A stretch of 64,000 bases of DNA, from the IMG/VR virus record IMGVR_UViG_3300043438_001221; one strand, given 5' to 3'. A model generated the notes under the pieces. It did not search any database, was not told the DNA's origin, and saw nothing but the letters and a program-made list of their open reading frames with translations. Positions within the stretch are counted from its first letter, which is position 1. Each line of letters starts with the position of its first letter. A program made the translations under genes and the position numbers. Source of the DNA: a virus. This document shows positions 30,319 to 39,897 of the stretch, piece by piece.

Positions 30319-31398
30319 ATGCTGGATTACAATTATTTCTTTGAAAATTCCCAACTCCTCAACCTGTTCGTAGCAGCGTTTGATGACGCTTTTGTATATC
30401 GTTATGACGCTCGCACAAGGCAAGCCAAGGAAAAGATTGAGGTTCGCTATGTCAATGGGTCGAAACATCGCGTTCTCCATGATCTGAGCGACCGAGCCAA
30501 GACGCTCACCTTACCAGTGGTGACGATTGAACAGACCGGACTGGCGCGTGATCCATCCCGTATTCACAACAAAGACCAGTTCATTTATAGGAAACAGTTG
30601 GATTCCACCAACCGATTGGCTAAAATCCCCCAGCCAATCCCCGTCAATATTACGGTGGATGTGAATATCATCTGCTATTTCAAGGAGGATTTGGATCAGA
30701 TCATCCAGAACATTGTCACCCAATGCAACCCATACATCATGGTTTCTTGGAAAATTCCTGAGAAATTCAATCTCCCCTTCATTGATGAGATTCGTTCGGA
30801 GATACAGATGACGGGAGATTTCTCCTATGAAAATCCCAAAGACTTGTCTCCTGATGTGAAATGGCGCATTTCCGCTTCCAATACTTTCGTAATCAAGGGT
30901 TGGTTGTTCAAGGATCATAATCAAAATCAGAAGCCAATCTATGTCATTAATGCTGATTTTCACGCTCTTCCTGTTAGCAATCGATTCTGTGATTACAATC
31001 TCTTTGATGTGATCAGCGCAGAAGGAGTTCAGACAGATAGTGTATCAATCAGCGCATACCCCGAATTCACCAATTATTTCGTCAATGGCATTCACCAAGG
31101 GGATTCTCTGGTTGTCACGGAACTGAACGACAGGAACTTCCAATTCTATGGAAAGCGATTTAATTATAATAATACGTGGTATCTGTCCGGTGCTTATGAT
31201 ATTCCTGAATTGGTATATACGGAGATTGACACTGATAAATTTCCCACGATTTCCGCCTATCTGTTGCCAGAGAATGTGATTACCACGGTGAATGATAATA
31301 TTGTCACGGTGTCACTAAGTTCCAATTATTTTGCTGATTTGTCGGGTAATATGGTTTTTGTGACGGCAAATGAAGCTGGGTGGGTTGCTTCCTATTAA
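30319..31398 (+). CDS. tail sheath stabilizer / tail terminator (T4 gp15-like)
   Basis: YF......VAAF, TLP, RDPSR, P.P.NI, DLDQIIQNI, F.IKGWLF. Confidence 0.75.
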   Translation: MLDYNYFFENSQLLNLFVAAFDDAFVYRYDARTRQAKEKIEVRYVNGSKHRVLHDLSDRAKTLTLPVVTIEQTGLARDPSRIHNKDQFIYRKQLDSTNRLAKIPQPIPVNITVDVNIICYFKEDLDQIIQNIVTQCNPYIMVSWKIPEKFNLPFIDEIRSEIQMTGDFSYENPKDLSPDVKWRISASNTFVIKGWLFKDHNQNQKPIYVINADFHALPVSNRFCDYNLFDVISAEGVQTDSVSISAYPEFTNYFVNGIHQGDSLVVTELNDRNFQFYGKRFNYNNTWYLSGAYDIPELVYTEIDTDKFPTISAYLLPENVITTVNDNIVTVSLSSNYFADLSGNMVFVTANEAGWVASY

Positions 31399-31406
31399 AT
31401 ATTTTA

Positions 31407-31820
31407 ATGTCTAATTGTTTCAAAGATTTGGGATTGATTTATGAAAGCATGGGTAATGATACCATGTCCTTAAATGATATTTATGGAGATATTGAATATG
31501 ATATACCTGAAAGTGAGGCACTTTATAGTGCTATTGATCCTGAGATGGGGGATATTCAAATTCCAATTAAAACGTTATCACCAGATCAATTGTTGAAATT
31601 GACGACATATCAAGATGATACTACGGTATTCCAAGCATATAAAGATTTTGCCGATAGAGAACAGAAACAAATCGTGAACCATTACAAGAAAAATCGTAAT
31701 GAATTACACGAAAATCCAATAGTCATTGATAATAATACCGCTTTGGATGGATATCATCGAATCATTGCGGCGATTTTGACCCAACAATCTTTGAAAGTAT
31801 TAGATGTGTCGGATATTTAA
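31407..31820 (+). CDS. ParB/Srx-like small protein, copy 1
   Basis: PIVID...LDGYHRIIAA; late promoter. Confidence 0.65.
   Translation: MSNCFKDLGLIYESMGNDTMSLNDIYGDIEYDIPESEALYSAIDPEMGDIQIPIKTLSPDQLLKLTTYQDDTTVFQAYKDFADREQKQIVNHYKKNRNELHENPIVIDNNTALDGYHRIIAAILTQQSLKVLDVSDI
31440..31818 (+). repeat. direct repeat copy 1 (duplicated gene body)
   Basis: Near-identical to 34819-35197. Confidence 0.9.
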
Positions 31821-31854
31821 TTGAATTAATGAAGATTCCCCCTAAATAATAAAT

Positions 31855-33669
31855 ATGGCGGGAATAGGAAGTTCAACAACACCATCTTCAAACAAACAAT
31901 ATCAAGGGAGCGATGGTAAGGGTTCCACTTTTGATAGGAACATGCAATCCTATTTGAAGAATCGTGGGAATTTCATTGAGAAAACTCCTGACGAAGCGAA
32001 GAATACAAAATATAAATATTTCCAAAAAATTGGGTTACGCAGACCTGAAGCGATTGCTCGCAATTCCGTAGCTCTCAATAACGACTGGAACAACACGGCA
32101 TTTTCCGCCATCTACCAAGACAAGTCCTTTACGGATTTGATGTATTCCCAAGCTTCGGAGGAAAAACCCGGACGTTTGCGGGACTATCGCATGATTGCCG
32201 CTTACTCCGAAGTTGCGGATGCTCTGGATGAGATTTGTGATGAGACAATCAATGTTGATGAGAACGGAGAGATTGTAACTCTGGAAATCCGCAACACCGA
32301 TCTGGAATCGGAAAAGAAGGAAGAGATTGAGAAGGAATTCTCCCGTTTCGTCGCTATGATGGAACTGGAAGACAATGGTTGGAATTATTTTCGCCAACTC
32401 ATGATCGAGGGGGAACTGTTTTTCGAATTGATTTTAAAAGAGGATTATATTAAACAAGGGGTTGTCGCCATCAAGAACCTTCCTGCTGAACAATTTGATC
32501 CTGTATATGACAATATACAAACGATGCAGATCAAAGCGTTCATTTACAAAAAGCCGATTTTCTCCACTGTTGATAATAAAAAGGTGGAACGCTACGAATA
32601 CATTCCCTTTGAGCAAAACCAAGTCCTCTATGTGAATAGTGGGCAATACAACGAAACCAAGGATTTCATCATCCCTTTCATTGAGAATTGCCGCAGAGCT
32701 TACAGACAGCTTTCCATGATTGAGGATTCTGTGGTGATCCACAGAATGGTTCACGCTCCCCTACGCTTCCTCTTCAATGTGGATGTGGGTAGATTACCTG
32801 TTCCTCAAGCTGAAGCCTATCTACGCAAGCTACAGAGCCAATACTGGTCAACCAAAACCTTTGACATCGACCAAGGGGATATTGTCAAGAAATACGCACC
32901 CCAATCAACTCTTGATTCGTTCTGGTTCGCCAAGAGACAGGGAATGGAAGCAACGACTGTCGAAACATTCGGGGGTCAAATGTCTGATGGTAACATGGAT
33001 GTTCTAGATTGGTTCATCAAGAAACTCTATCGCTCCCTCAAAACACCAACTTCCCGTTTGAATGATGAGACGGGTTATAACGATGGAACGGAGATGCTTC
33101 GGGAAGAACTGAAGTTCGCCAAGATGATCATCCGTCAGCAACAACGTTTTGCCCAAGGTATCAAGAGAGCGTTTATCACACATCTCAAGTTCAAGGACAT
33201 GTTTGATGAATGGGATTTGTTCGATGACAATATCCGTGTGGAATTCAATGTTCCCACGAATTTCTATGACATGCGGGAGAGTCAGAAGCTCAACCTCAAG
33301 ATCGAGACTTTCAATAATATTACGGGCAATGAAATGGTTTCCACGATCTATGCCATGAAGAAATATCTGGATTGGAAGGATTCCGATATCCTTGCCAACC
33401 TACACTTCAAGAAGGTGGAAGCGGAACATATGTTTGAAATTGAGCAAATTCGGTCATCAGGCCCCGAGTGGCGCAATCTTTTAGCTCAACAAGCTGAAGG
33501 TGGAGAAGGTGGTGATATGGGTGGTCTTGGTGGCGGTTCCAGTGGAAGCGGCGGCGTGCCAGATTTCGGAGGAGGCCCAGCCGCTATTGGAGGTGATGAC
33601 ATTGGGGTGGAACCCGATCAAGCAGAAACCCCGGAAGCTCCGTCCAATGAACCAGAGATGGGTGTCTAA
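31855..33669 (+). CDS. portal protein (T4 gp20-like)
   Basis: YR.IA..SEV.DA.DEI, QLSMIEDS.VI.R...AP, DVG.LP...AE.YL, LY.SL..P.SRL, REELKF. Confidence 0.95.
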   Translation: MAGIGSSTTPSSNKQYQGSDGKGSTFDRNMQSYLKNRGNFIEKTPDEAKNTKYKYFQKIGLRRPEAIARNSVALNNDWNNTAFSAIYQDKSFTDLMYSQASEEKPGRLRDYRMIAAYSEVADALDEICDETINVDENGEIVTLEIRNTDLESEKKEEIEKEFSRFVAMMELEDNGWNYFRQLMIEGELFFELILKEDYIKQGVVAIKNLPAEQFDPVYDNIQTMQIKAFIYKKPIFSTVDNKKVERYEYIPFEQNQVLYVNSGQYNETKDFIIPFIENCRRAYRQLSMIEDSVVIHRMVHAPLRFLFNVDVGRLPVPQAEAYLRKLQSQYWSTKTFDIDQGDIVKKYAPQSTLDSFWFAKRQGMEATTVETFGGQMSDGNMDVLDWFIKKLYRSLKTPTSRLNDETGYNDGTEMLREELKFAKMIIRQQQRFAQGIKRAFITHLKFKDMFDEWDLFDDNIRVEFNVPTNFYDMRESQKLNLKIETFNNITGNEMVSTIYAMKKYLDWKDSDILANLHFKKVEAEHMFEIEQIRSSGPEWRNLLAQQAEGGEGGDMGGLGGGSSGSGGVPDFGGGPAAIGGDDIGVEPDQAETPEAPSNEPEMGV

Positions 33670-34708
33670 ATTTTAGATTAGCTCTCTTGCTATCATTAAT
33701 AGATTCCGGTATTGTTTGGAGATTTCCATGGTGATGATAACCACCTTTGGTTAGAGGTAAGATATGATCAACATTATATTTGATACCTAAACAATTTTCC
33801 AATCTTATTCGCATATCAACATATGTTTTTTCAATGTTCTGATCATGGTCTGGATGAGTTGCATTTTTCTTCAACGCTCTCCTTTTACTACTATGTAAAT
33901 TAACTTTATTTCTATTATTGATACAATAATTTTTCTGTCTTTGCTTTCTTTTTTCCGGGTATTGTAGTGAATAATTTTTGTAATTTTCAGAAGAACATTT
34001 ATCACAATATGATGACCTGTTTTTATATTTTTTATTTAAAATGTAAAAATTTTCAATTGGTAAGACGCTACAACACGAATAACATTTCTTAGTATCATTC
34101 ATTTCCATTTTAACCTCTTCAATGTCTAATGCTCGTGTATGTAGAAAGGTTGGAACGTCTCTCCACGATTTTAATATTGGTTGATCAGTTTTACACAATT
34201 TATTTGCAATAGCTTCTAATGATTTGGGAATAACCTGAATATTTTGATGGTGATGATATCCACCTTTGGTCATAGGTATTATTTTATGTAATAGAAATTT
34301 AATACCTAAACATTTTTGAAGTCTTAATCTCATTTCTATCAAAACCGCTTCAATTTTTGGATCGTGATCTTTGTGATATGAATTAACTTTACTGGCCGAT
34401 CTTTTATTACTACTCAATTGTCTAATCACTGGATTGTTTAATTTATAATTTTTAGATCGTAACAATTCTTTTTCTAAATTCTTTTCCCTATATTTTTTAC
34501 CTCTTTCATTGCAGATATCACGATTATTTTCTCTATATTTTTTCATATAAGCATCGTGACGATCTTTATTTTTTAATCTCCATTCCTTGTTTAATATTCT
34601 AGAACATGATATGCAATTTGTTTGCAACCCATCTGTAATTTTTTTACACCTGTTGAATGATTCTTTTGGTAATTCCAACTCACATCTTTTGCACTTCTTT
34701 GTTTTCAC
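33584..34708 (-). CDS. HNH homing endonuclease with internal duplication
   Basis: Two CxxC zinc-finger + HNH units; second unit VDHILPL..GG.H...NLQ.....N intact. GTG start follows TTAAATA. Confidence 0.82.
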   Translation of the reverse strand: MKTKKCKRCELELPKESFNRCKKITDGLQTNCISCSRILNKEWRLKNKDRHDAYMKKYRENNRDICNERGKKYREKNLEKELLRSKNYKLNNPVIRQLSSNKRSASKVNSYHKDHDPKIEAVLIEMRLRLQKCLGIKFLLHKIIPMTKGGYHHHQNIQVIPKSLEAIANKLCKTDQPILKSWRDVPTFLHTRALDIEEVKMEMNDTKKCYSCCSVLPIENFYILNKKYKNRSSYCDKCSSENYKNYSLQYPEKRKQRQKNYCINNRNKVNLHSSKRRALKKNATHPDHDQNIEKTYVDMRIRLENCLGIKYNVDHILPLTKGGYHHHGNLQTIPESINDSKRANLKFRHPSLVHWTELPGFLLDRVPPQCHHLQ

Positions 34709-34782
34709 ATTAGTATTTAACTAAAACGGATCGAATTGGAAAGAAAAAATTGTAATAAATCACTATCAAATTAAATAATATC

Positions 34783-35202
34783 ATGACTTCCCACGACTTT
34801 AAAAATATCACAATGCTTTATGAAAGCATGGGTAATAATACCATGTCCCTAAACGATATTTACGGTGATATTGAATATGATATACCCGAAAGTGAGGCAC
34901 TTTACAATGCTGTTGATCCTGAAATGGGAGACATTCAAATTCCGATCAAAACATTATCGCCAGATCAATTGTTGAAATTGACAACATACAAAGATGATAC
35001 CACGGTATTCCAAGCATATAAAGATTTTGCCGGTAGAGATCAAAAGCAAATTGTGAACCATTACAAGAAAAATCGTAATGAATTACATGAGAACCCAATT
35101 GTAATTGATAATAATACTGCTTTGGATGGTTATCATCGAATTGTTGCTGCAATTTTGACCAAGCAATCCTTGAAGGTTTTAGATATTTCTGATATAGAAT
35201 AA
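34783..35202 (+). CDS. ParB/Srx-like small protein, copy 2
   Basis: Paralog of 31407-31820; LDGYHR. Confidence 0.65.
   Translation: MTSHDFKNITMLYESMGNNTMSLNDIYGDIEYDIPESEALYNAVDPEMGDIQIPIKTLSPDQLLKLTTYKDDTTVFQAYKDFAGRDQKQIVNHYKKNRNELHENPIVIDNNTALDGYHRIVAAILTKQSLKVLDISDIE
34819..35197 (+). repeat. direct repeat copy 2
   Basis: Near-identical to 31440-31818. Confidence 0.9.
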
Positions 35203-35877
35203 TTAACTCAAAGGAATACCATAAGTCTTGGCATATTCCTTTGATTTCTGATCAAAGGGGTAAATCGTCCCATGCCACAAATAATCGTTACCATTATCGA
35301 TTGGTCCCAGAGGACGAACCCGAACAATCCATTCTCCCATAAATTCTTCTTTGGCATTTTTAAATTTTAATTTACCAGAGAATTGAGAAAAAACATCAAT
35401 TGAATCCTCCCATCTACGAACATAATCATCAAGTTGATGTTCGTCTTCCACGAAATTTTTCCAATTCAGACGAAGTAACTCTTCGGATGATGTCCCACAC
35501 AGATTACAATAAGCCTCATTTACCATGATATTCAAACCCTTTGAAGTGGTTCGAAATGATGGTTTGGGATTGAGCCAGAACATTGCTTCTATTTCCGCTT
35601 TGATTATTTTCACGGAATCTTTCATGGAACCCCCACCATTTGGGGAGATTTCATACTCAACATTTTTCAATCGGATGTCGATATCCGACACAGTTCCTTG
35701 AATATTTTTTAAAGATTCTGGTATGGAATTCCGAGATTTAATATATTCCTTGTGTGCCTTGTATTTTTTAATTATAAAAGTTGTGACCTGTTTCCAAGTC
35801 AAGCCAAGCATACCCAACGCACCAATGATAATGGTGACGAAATTGGCATGTTTTTGTAATAAATCGTAAAAATCCAT
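35203..35877 (-). CDS. single-TM, PAS-domain protein (holin candidate)
   Basis: TM FVTIIIGALGMLGLTW, PNGGGSMKD, PAS-like VNEAYCNLCG...EL....W..FV; late promoter. Confidence 0.6.
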   Translation of the reverse strand: MDFYDLLQKHANFVTIIIGALGMLGLTWKQVTTFIIKKYKAHKEYIKSRNSIPESLKNIQGTVSDIDIRLKNVEYEISPNGGGSMKDSVKIIKAEIEAMFWLNPKPSFRTTSKGLNIMVNEAYCNLCGTSSEELLRLNWKNFVEDEHQLDDYVRRWEDSIDVFSQFSGKLKFKNAKEEFMGEWIVRVRPLGPIDNGNDYLWHGTIYPFDQKSKEYAKTYGIPLS

Positions 35878-35894
35878 AACATTATTTAGGATAA

Positions 35895-36191
35895 TTAATC
35901 ACAAAAGCTCACACAGTTGAACGCCGAATTATAATAATATTTTGTCCCATTGTTTTCTTCGGCATCCCAACCAATAACAGTGGGAACTTCACATTCATAG
36001 AAGTAGAATTGGCTACCATTATTAGACGATGGGTGGATATATGTCGTGTCTTGACCCCAAAGAATGAAATCGTTGGCTGATAGGTGATAATACTTAGAAC
36101 CGTTGTTTGTATTAACATTCCAACCCGAAACGGTGGGGACACCGCAGGATAATTCGTAATAAACGGAACCATTGTTTGATTCAAAGGACAT
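35895..36191 (-). CDS. small NNG(S/T)-repeat protein
   Basis: Four NNG[ST]xxY units; TTAAGTA 5 nt before ATG. Confidence 0.6.
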   Translation of the reverse strand: MSFESNNGSVYYELSCGVPTVSGWNVNTNNGSKYYHLSANDFILWGQDTTYIHPSSNNGSQFYFYECEVPTVIGWDAEENNGTKYYYNSAFNCVSFCD

Positions 36192-36219
36192 GATAATACT
36201 TAACACATTAAATAAGAAT

Positions 36220-37362
36220 ATGAGTCTTTGCCAAGTTGAACCGATTTCCGCTTTCATGTCCACCAACCTCAATTCCAAGATTGAGTGTTACCAACGTTTG
36301 GGGGAGCGAATTTTAAGAACTTTGGGGCATCCGATGATTAATGTGGAATTGCATTACGATCAGTTATATGAAGCCATATCAATGGCGGTTGATTTTTTCA
36401 CCGTATATAGTGGTTATACCAAAGAATATCTCCTTTTTGACAGCCGATTATACGAGGGTAATAAAGGATTGCGCTTAGATCACCTTTTCACCGTAGCAAA
36501 TTCGGGATATACACCATCGGAAAAGCTTAATGATAAAAGGACTGGTCCACAACCGGATTACGAAGTAACACTCCCCACCCCCTTATATGTTTCCCTTTCA
36601 ACGATTCCAAGCTCATATTTCACATCATCGTCAGCGTTGAGTGGCGTGGTTCCTTCTGATGGTATCACATCCATGCAAATCATCGATCAAACCACATATG
36701 ATCTGTTGGTGGGATTCAATGCTGGTTTGGGCGTTCTCTTCCAACAATCTTACCGAAAGCCGTTCACGATACAGTGTGAACAACAGGATGATGTGAACAC
36801 ATTCAATAATATGTTTGATTACGATGTTATGGATTACCGAAAGGTGGTTGATGTGATTGCCTTTGAGGAGGGTTCTTCCACAGGTGTCAACACATTGTTC
36901 TCCGTCGAGCAAACCATGGCTCAACAAAGTTACCATGCTTATTCTCTGGGTAACTATGGATTTGATATCCTTTCTTGGCACACGGTCAAGGATTGGATCG
37001 ATACCCGTGAAAAGGTATTTGCCACTCGCAGGGATATTTATTTTGATGCAAGAACGCAATATCTCCGTTTAATTCCCCAACCGAAGAACACACAATTCTA
37101 TGGATTACTCACATGTTATGTGGAAAGACCATTGAGGGATTTGGTGAAGGAGAAATGGATTCTGGAATACGCAACCGCCATGTCCAAGATTATGTGGGGT
37201 CGGATACTTACTAAGATAAACGGAATTAATTTACCGGGGGGTGGAACCATCAACGGCGATTCGGTCTTGTCGGAAGGTTTGGAAGAGAAGAAAGAACTTG
37301 AAAATTTCCTGATTGAAGGTGGTTTCGGAAATATGGACCCTCCCTTGATGTTGGTCATGTAA
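36220..37362 (+). CDS. neck protein (T4 gp13-like)
   Basis: LRTLGHPMINVEL..DQ, WI.EYA.A..K..WG..L.K.....LPGG.TING. Confidence 0.85.
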   Translation: MSLCQVEPISAFMSTNLNSKIECYQRLGERILRTLGHPMINVELHYDQLYEAISMAVDFFTVYSGYTKEYLLFDSRLYEGNKGLRLDHLFTVANSGYTPSEKLNDKRTGPQPDYEVTLPTPLYVSLSTIPSSYFTSSSALSGVVPSDGITSMQIIDQTTYDLLVGFNAGLGVLFQQSYRKPFTIQCEQQDDVNTFNNMFDYDVMDYRKVVDVIAFEEGSSTGVNTLFSVEQTMAQQSYHAYSLGNYGFDILSWHTVKDWIDTREKVFATRRDIYFDARTQYLRLIPQPKNTQFYGLLTCYVERPLRDLVKEKWILEYATAMSKIMWGRILTKINGINLPGGGTINGDSVLSEGLEEKKELENFLIEGGFGNMDPPLMLVM

Positions 37363-37384
37363 GATGCTTCATTAAGTATTATAA

Positions 37385-38110
37385 ATGTTCATCAGAGGCA
37401 GCGGACAAGGTAATGAAGCGAGAAGGAACGACGAATCGTTCTACCGTGGAATCGTGGTCAAGAACAACGATCCCCTCAAGATGAATCGGGTTAAGATATT
37501 CATCCCCGAATTATCAAACCAACCCTTTGACGAATGGTTTGAGAAATATGAGGAAATGAATATCCAAAGACCCGGACTCAATAATCCCGAGGATACTTGG
37601 GTTGATATAAAGATTTATGAGGAGATTGCGAAACATATTCCATGGGCAGAACCATGTTACCCTCTGATGGGGGAATCCGGCAATGGGCGATACTTCAAAC
37701 AGGATGGGGATGGTTTGGCTGTTATAACGGACAGTAATTATTCTGAGACATATGAAGATAATAATACAGAAGTCCCAACTCTGAGTGGAGGATCGTTCTC
37801 CCCCTCATTTTTATATGAAAACAAATCCACCATGGTATCCGATGCGTTTGCAACCCCTCTGGATGTTTTTTCCGTCAAATGCAATCCATATGCGTTTGGA
37901 TATAAATCAAATAATTTTACCAACAAATCCAAAGGAATGTTCGGCATACCGGAAGTGGGTTCCAAGGTTTGGGTGTTCCATTATCTGGGAGATTTGAATT
38001 TTCCCATTTACTTTGGAGTGTCACAGGATTTCCGAAGCCTGACACTGATAAATAGAACCGATAATGATAACAAGGTTTCCCCTTATTATCCAAATGATTT
38101 TGAAAACTGA
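37385..38110 (+). CDS. baseplate hub gp5/VgrG-like N-terminal OB domain
   Basis: YRGIVV.NNDPL...RVK..IP, PWA, IPEVGS.VWVF...GD..FP.YFG. Confidence 0.8.
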   Translation: MFIRGSGQGNEARRNDESFYRGIVVKNNDPLKMNRVKIFIPELSNQPFDEWFEKYEEMNIQRPGLNNPEDTWVDIKIYEEIAKHIPWAEPCYPLMGESGNGRYFKQDGDGLAVITDSNYSETYEDNNTEVPTLSGGSFSPSFLYENKSTMVSDAFATPLDVFSVKCNPYAFGYKSNNFTNKSKGMFGIPEVGSKVWVFHYLGDLNFPIYFGVSQDFRSLTLINRTDNDNKVSPYYPNDFEN

Positions 38111-39699
38111 TGAGTAAGATTTATAGAAATAGAACGGTTTTTAATCAAAGGGGTGGCTCTTTGGTGATCACAAACACAACCGATCAGGAGAGTGTTCAGC
38201 TTTCCCAAAGATCGGGTAGTAATATATTATTAAACAATCTGGTTAATTCAGAGCTTGCCACCAACAATAAGCAAACCCATGTTATCAATGATAATTTTGA
38301 GACTGTTCTCAACGACGATAATAAATTCGTAAAAGGTGTCCAAACCAATCGTGTGGGAAATACCCGATATGATTTCAAAGGATTCCTGAAGGATGATGAG
38401 ATTGAAGCGTTCCAGCAATGGAAAGACACTTTTAATTCGGTTGCGTTAGTAAATTCCAAATTCAAGATCAAGCGGGGAGGAGTATCTGGGCCAAATGGTG
38501 TCAATACTGATTTGAAGGGAGAACGCGCCGACAATCCAGTAATCGGTTCCAAGGTCTATGTGGTGGAGAACAAGTTCAATGGATATGTTAAATTACCCAA
38601 AAGATTATCATCCATTGATGAAGTAACCGATTACTCACCCGTTCCCGATCACGGTAAGACCAAACCCGCGAGCAATAAAGATATAAAGGAAGAGGATATT
38701 TCCAAGAGTGCGGGTCAACAAGGATCAAAAGCTCCCGGTGTTTTGGAATTTGGTGTGAAGAAATCGGCAGCTACTGAAAACGGGGAATGGGAGTCGGAAG
38801 AGGAAGCACAGAATATTGCTGATGCTGTATTGGAAATTCAGGAACAACTCACCCCCATTGAGGAGAAGATGGGAGATGGGGGAGATGAACATATCATCGT
38901 CAAGAGAAACAAGATTGAAACGGTGGGGGCTGTTTTTAACGATTATCCATCGGTTCGTATTGATGAGAAAGGGAGAAGCCAACCTTTTGAGATGCTTGTG
39001 GGGGATACTGGTGTGTATAAGAACCATGATTATATCCCCCATGTGGAGGAGATAGATAATTCTTCCAATTTCCCATGTGGGCAGGACACCAAGATCGTGG
39101 GTAATTCTTACAATCGGATCGTGGGTTCGGGCGGCATTTCCCTGAAGACCACCGGAGCCACGGAATTGGGGGGAGCAACCCTAAAAGCCGGATTCAAAAA
39201 AATAAATATCAATGCTTCCCATGGCGTTCACATTGGATCAGAAAATGCAATTGAGTTGCAATCCATGAAAACCATCGTTCTCCGCACGAACAGACAGGTT
39301 TACGTGGAATCATCCCTTGGTGTTAAAAATAATTTAATTGTAGGAGGGGGTCTTGCCGTGGAGGGTCAGACCTACCTACAAGGTGTTACAGCCCCTCTGG
39401 AGGTGCAACAGACGGAAAATACACTGGTGTCCGGTAGGTTCGCCACAACAACGAATCGCAGCCTGTTTATCGGGGAGTGTGAGATAGCGGGAGCCTTTTA
39501 TCCAGTGTATGCCAGAGCCGCTGATGATCTGATTGTAACATATCCCCATAGCCACCACTTCAACAACTTACCGCTGAAGCTCATGGAAGCCAATGAGGAT
39601 GTTCGCAAGGATGCCCATAAGAATGGTATCAATGTCCACAACTCGGTTGCCCAAGCGTATCCTCAGATGCATGAGAAGAAGGAACCGCAGAAGGGTTGA
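38110..39699 (+). CDS. putative baseplate central spike (gp5 C-terminal part)
   Basis: TGATG-coupled to the OB-domain gene, beta-repeat composition, HSHH near the C-terminus. Confidence 0.6.
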   Translation: MSKIYRNRTVFNQRGGSLVITNTTDQESVQLSQRSGSNILLNNLVNSELATNNKQTHVINDNFETVLNDDNKFVKGVQTNRVGNTRYDFKGFLKDDEIEAFQQWKDTFNSVALVNSKFKIKRGGVSGPNGVNTDLKGERADNPVIGSKVYVVENKFNGYVKLPKRLSSIDEVTDYSPVPDHGKTKPASNKDIKEEDISKSAGQQGSKAPGVLEFGVKKSAATENGEWESEEEAQNIADAVLEIQEQLTPIEEKMGDGGDEHIIVKRNKIETVGAVFNDYPSVRIDEKGRSQPFEMLVGDTGVYKNHDYIPHVEEIDNSSNFPCGQDTKIVGNSYNRIVGSGGISLKTTGATELGGATLKAGFKKININASHGVHIGSENAIELQSMKTIVLRTNRQVYVESSLGVKNNLIVGGGLAVEGQTYLQGVTAPLEVQQTENTLVSGRFATTTNRSLFIGECEIAGAFYPVYARAADDLIVTYPHSHHFNNLPLKLMEANEDVRKDAHKNGINVHNSVAQAYPQMHEKKEPQKG

Positions 39700-39892
39700 T
39701 CCAGAAAAATAAAGACTTTTCCCAAAATTCTTGAATTGTTTGAAATCTCCCTAATTGGATATCCCACACTTTCCGAAAATATTCTTCATCTGTATATTTT
39801 TGATTATGTGATGTTGGTATAATCATACACAATTCGCTACCTTCGTAAAACCATCCCATGTGGTTGTTTTTTCCACTTCTATATAATTTCAT
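39629..39892 (-). CDS. hypothetical protein
   Basis: 87-aa ORF downstream of nrdA. Confidence 0.4.
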   Translation of the reverse strand: MKLYRSGKNNHMGWFYEGSELCMIIPTSHNQKYTDEEYFRKVWDIQLGRFQTIQEFWEKSLFFWINPSAVPSSHASEDTLGQPSCGH

Positions 39893-39897
39893 CGTGA

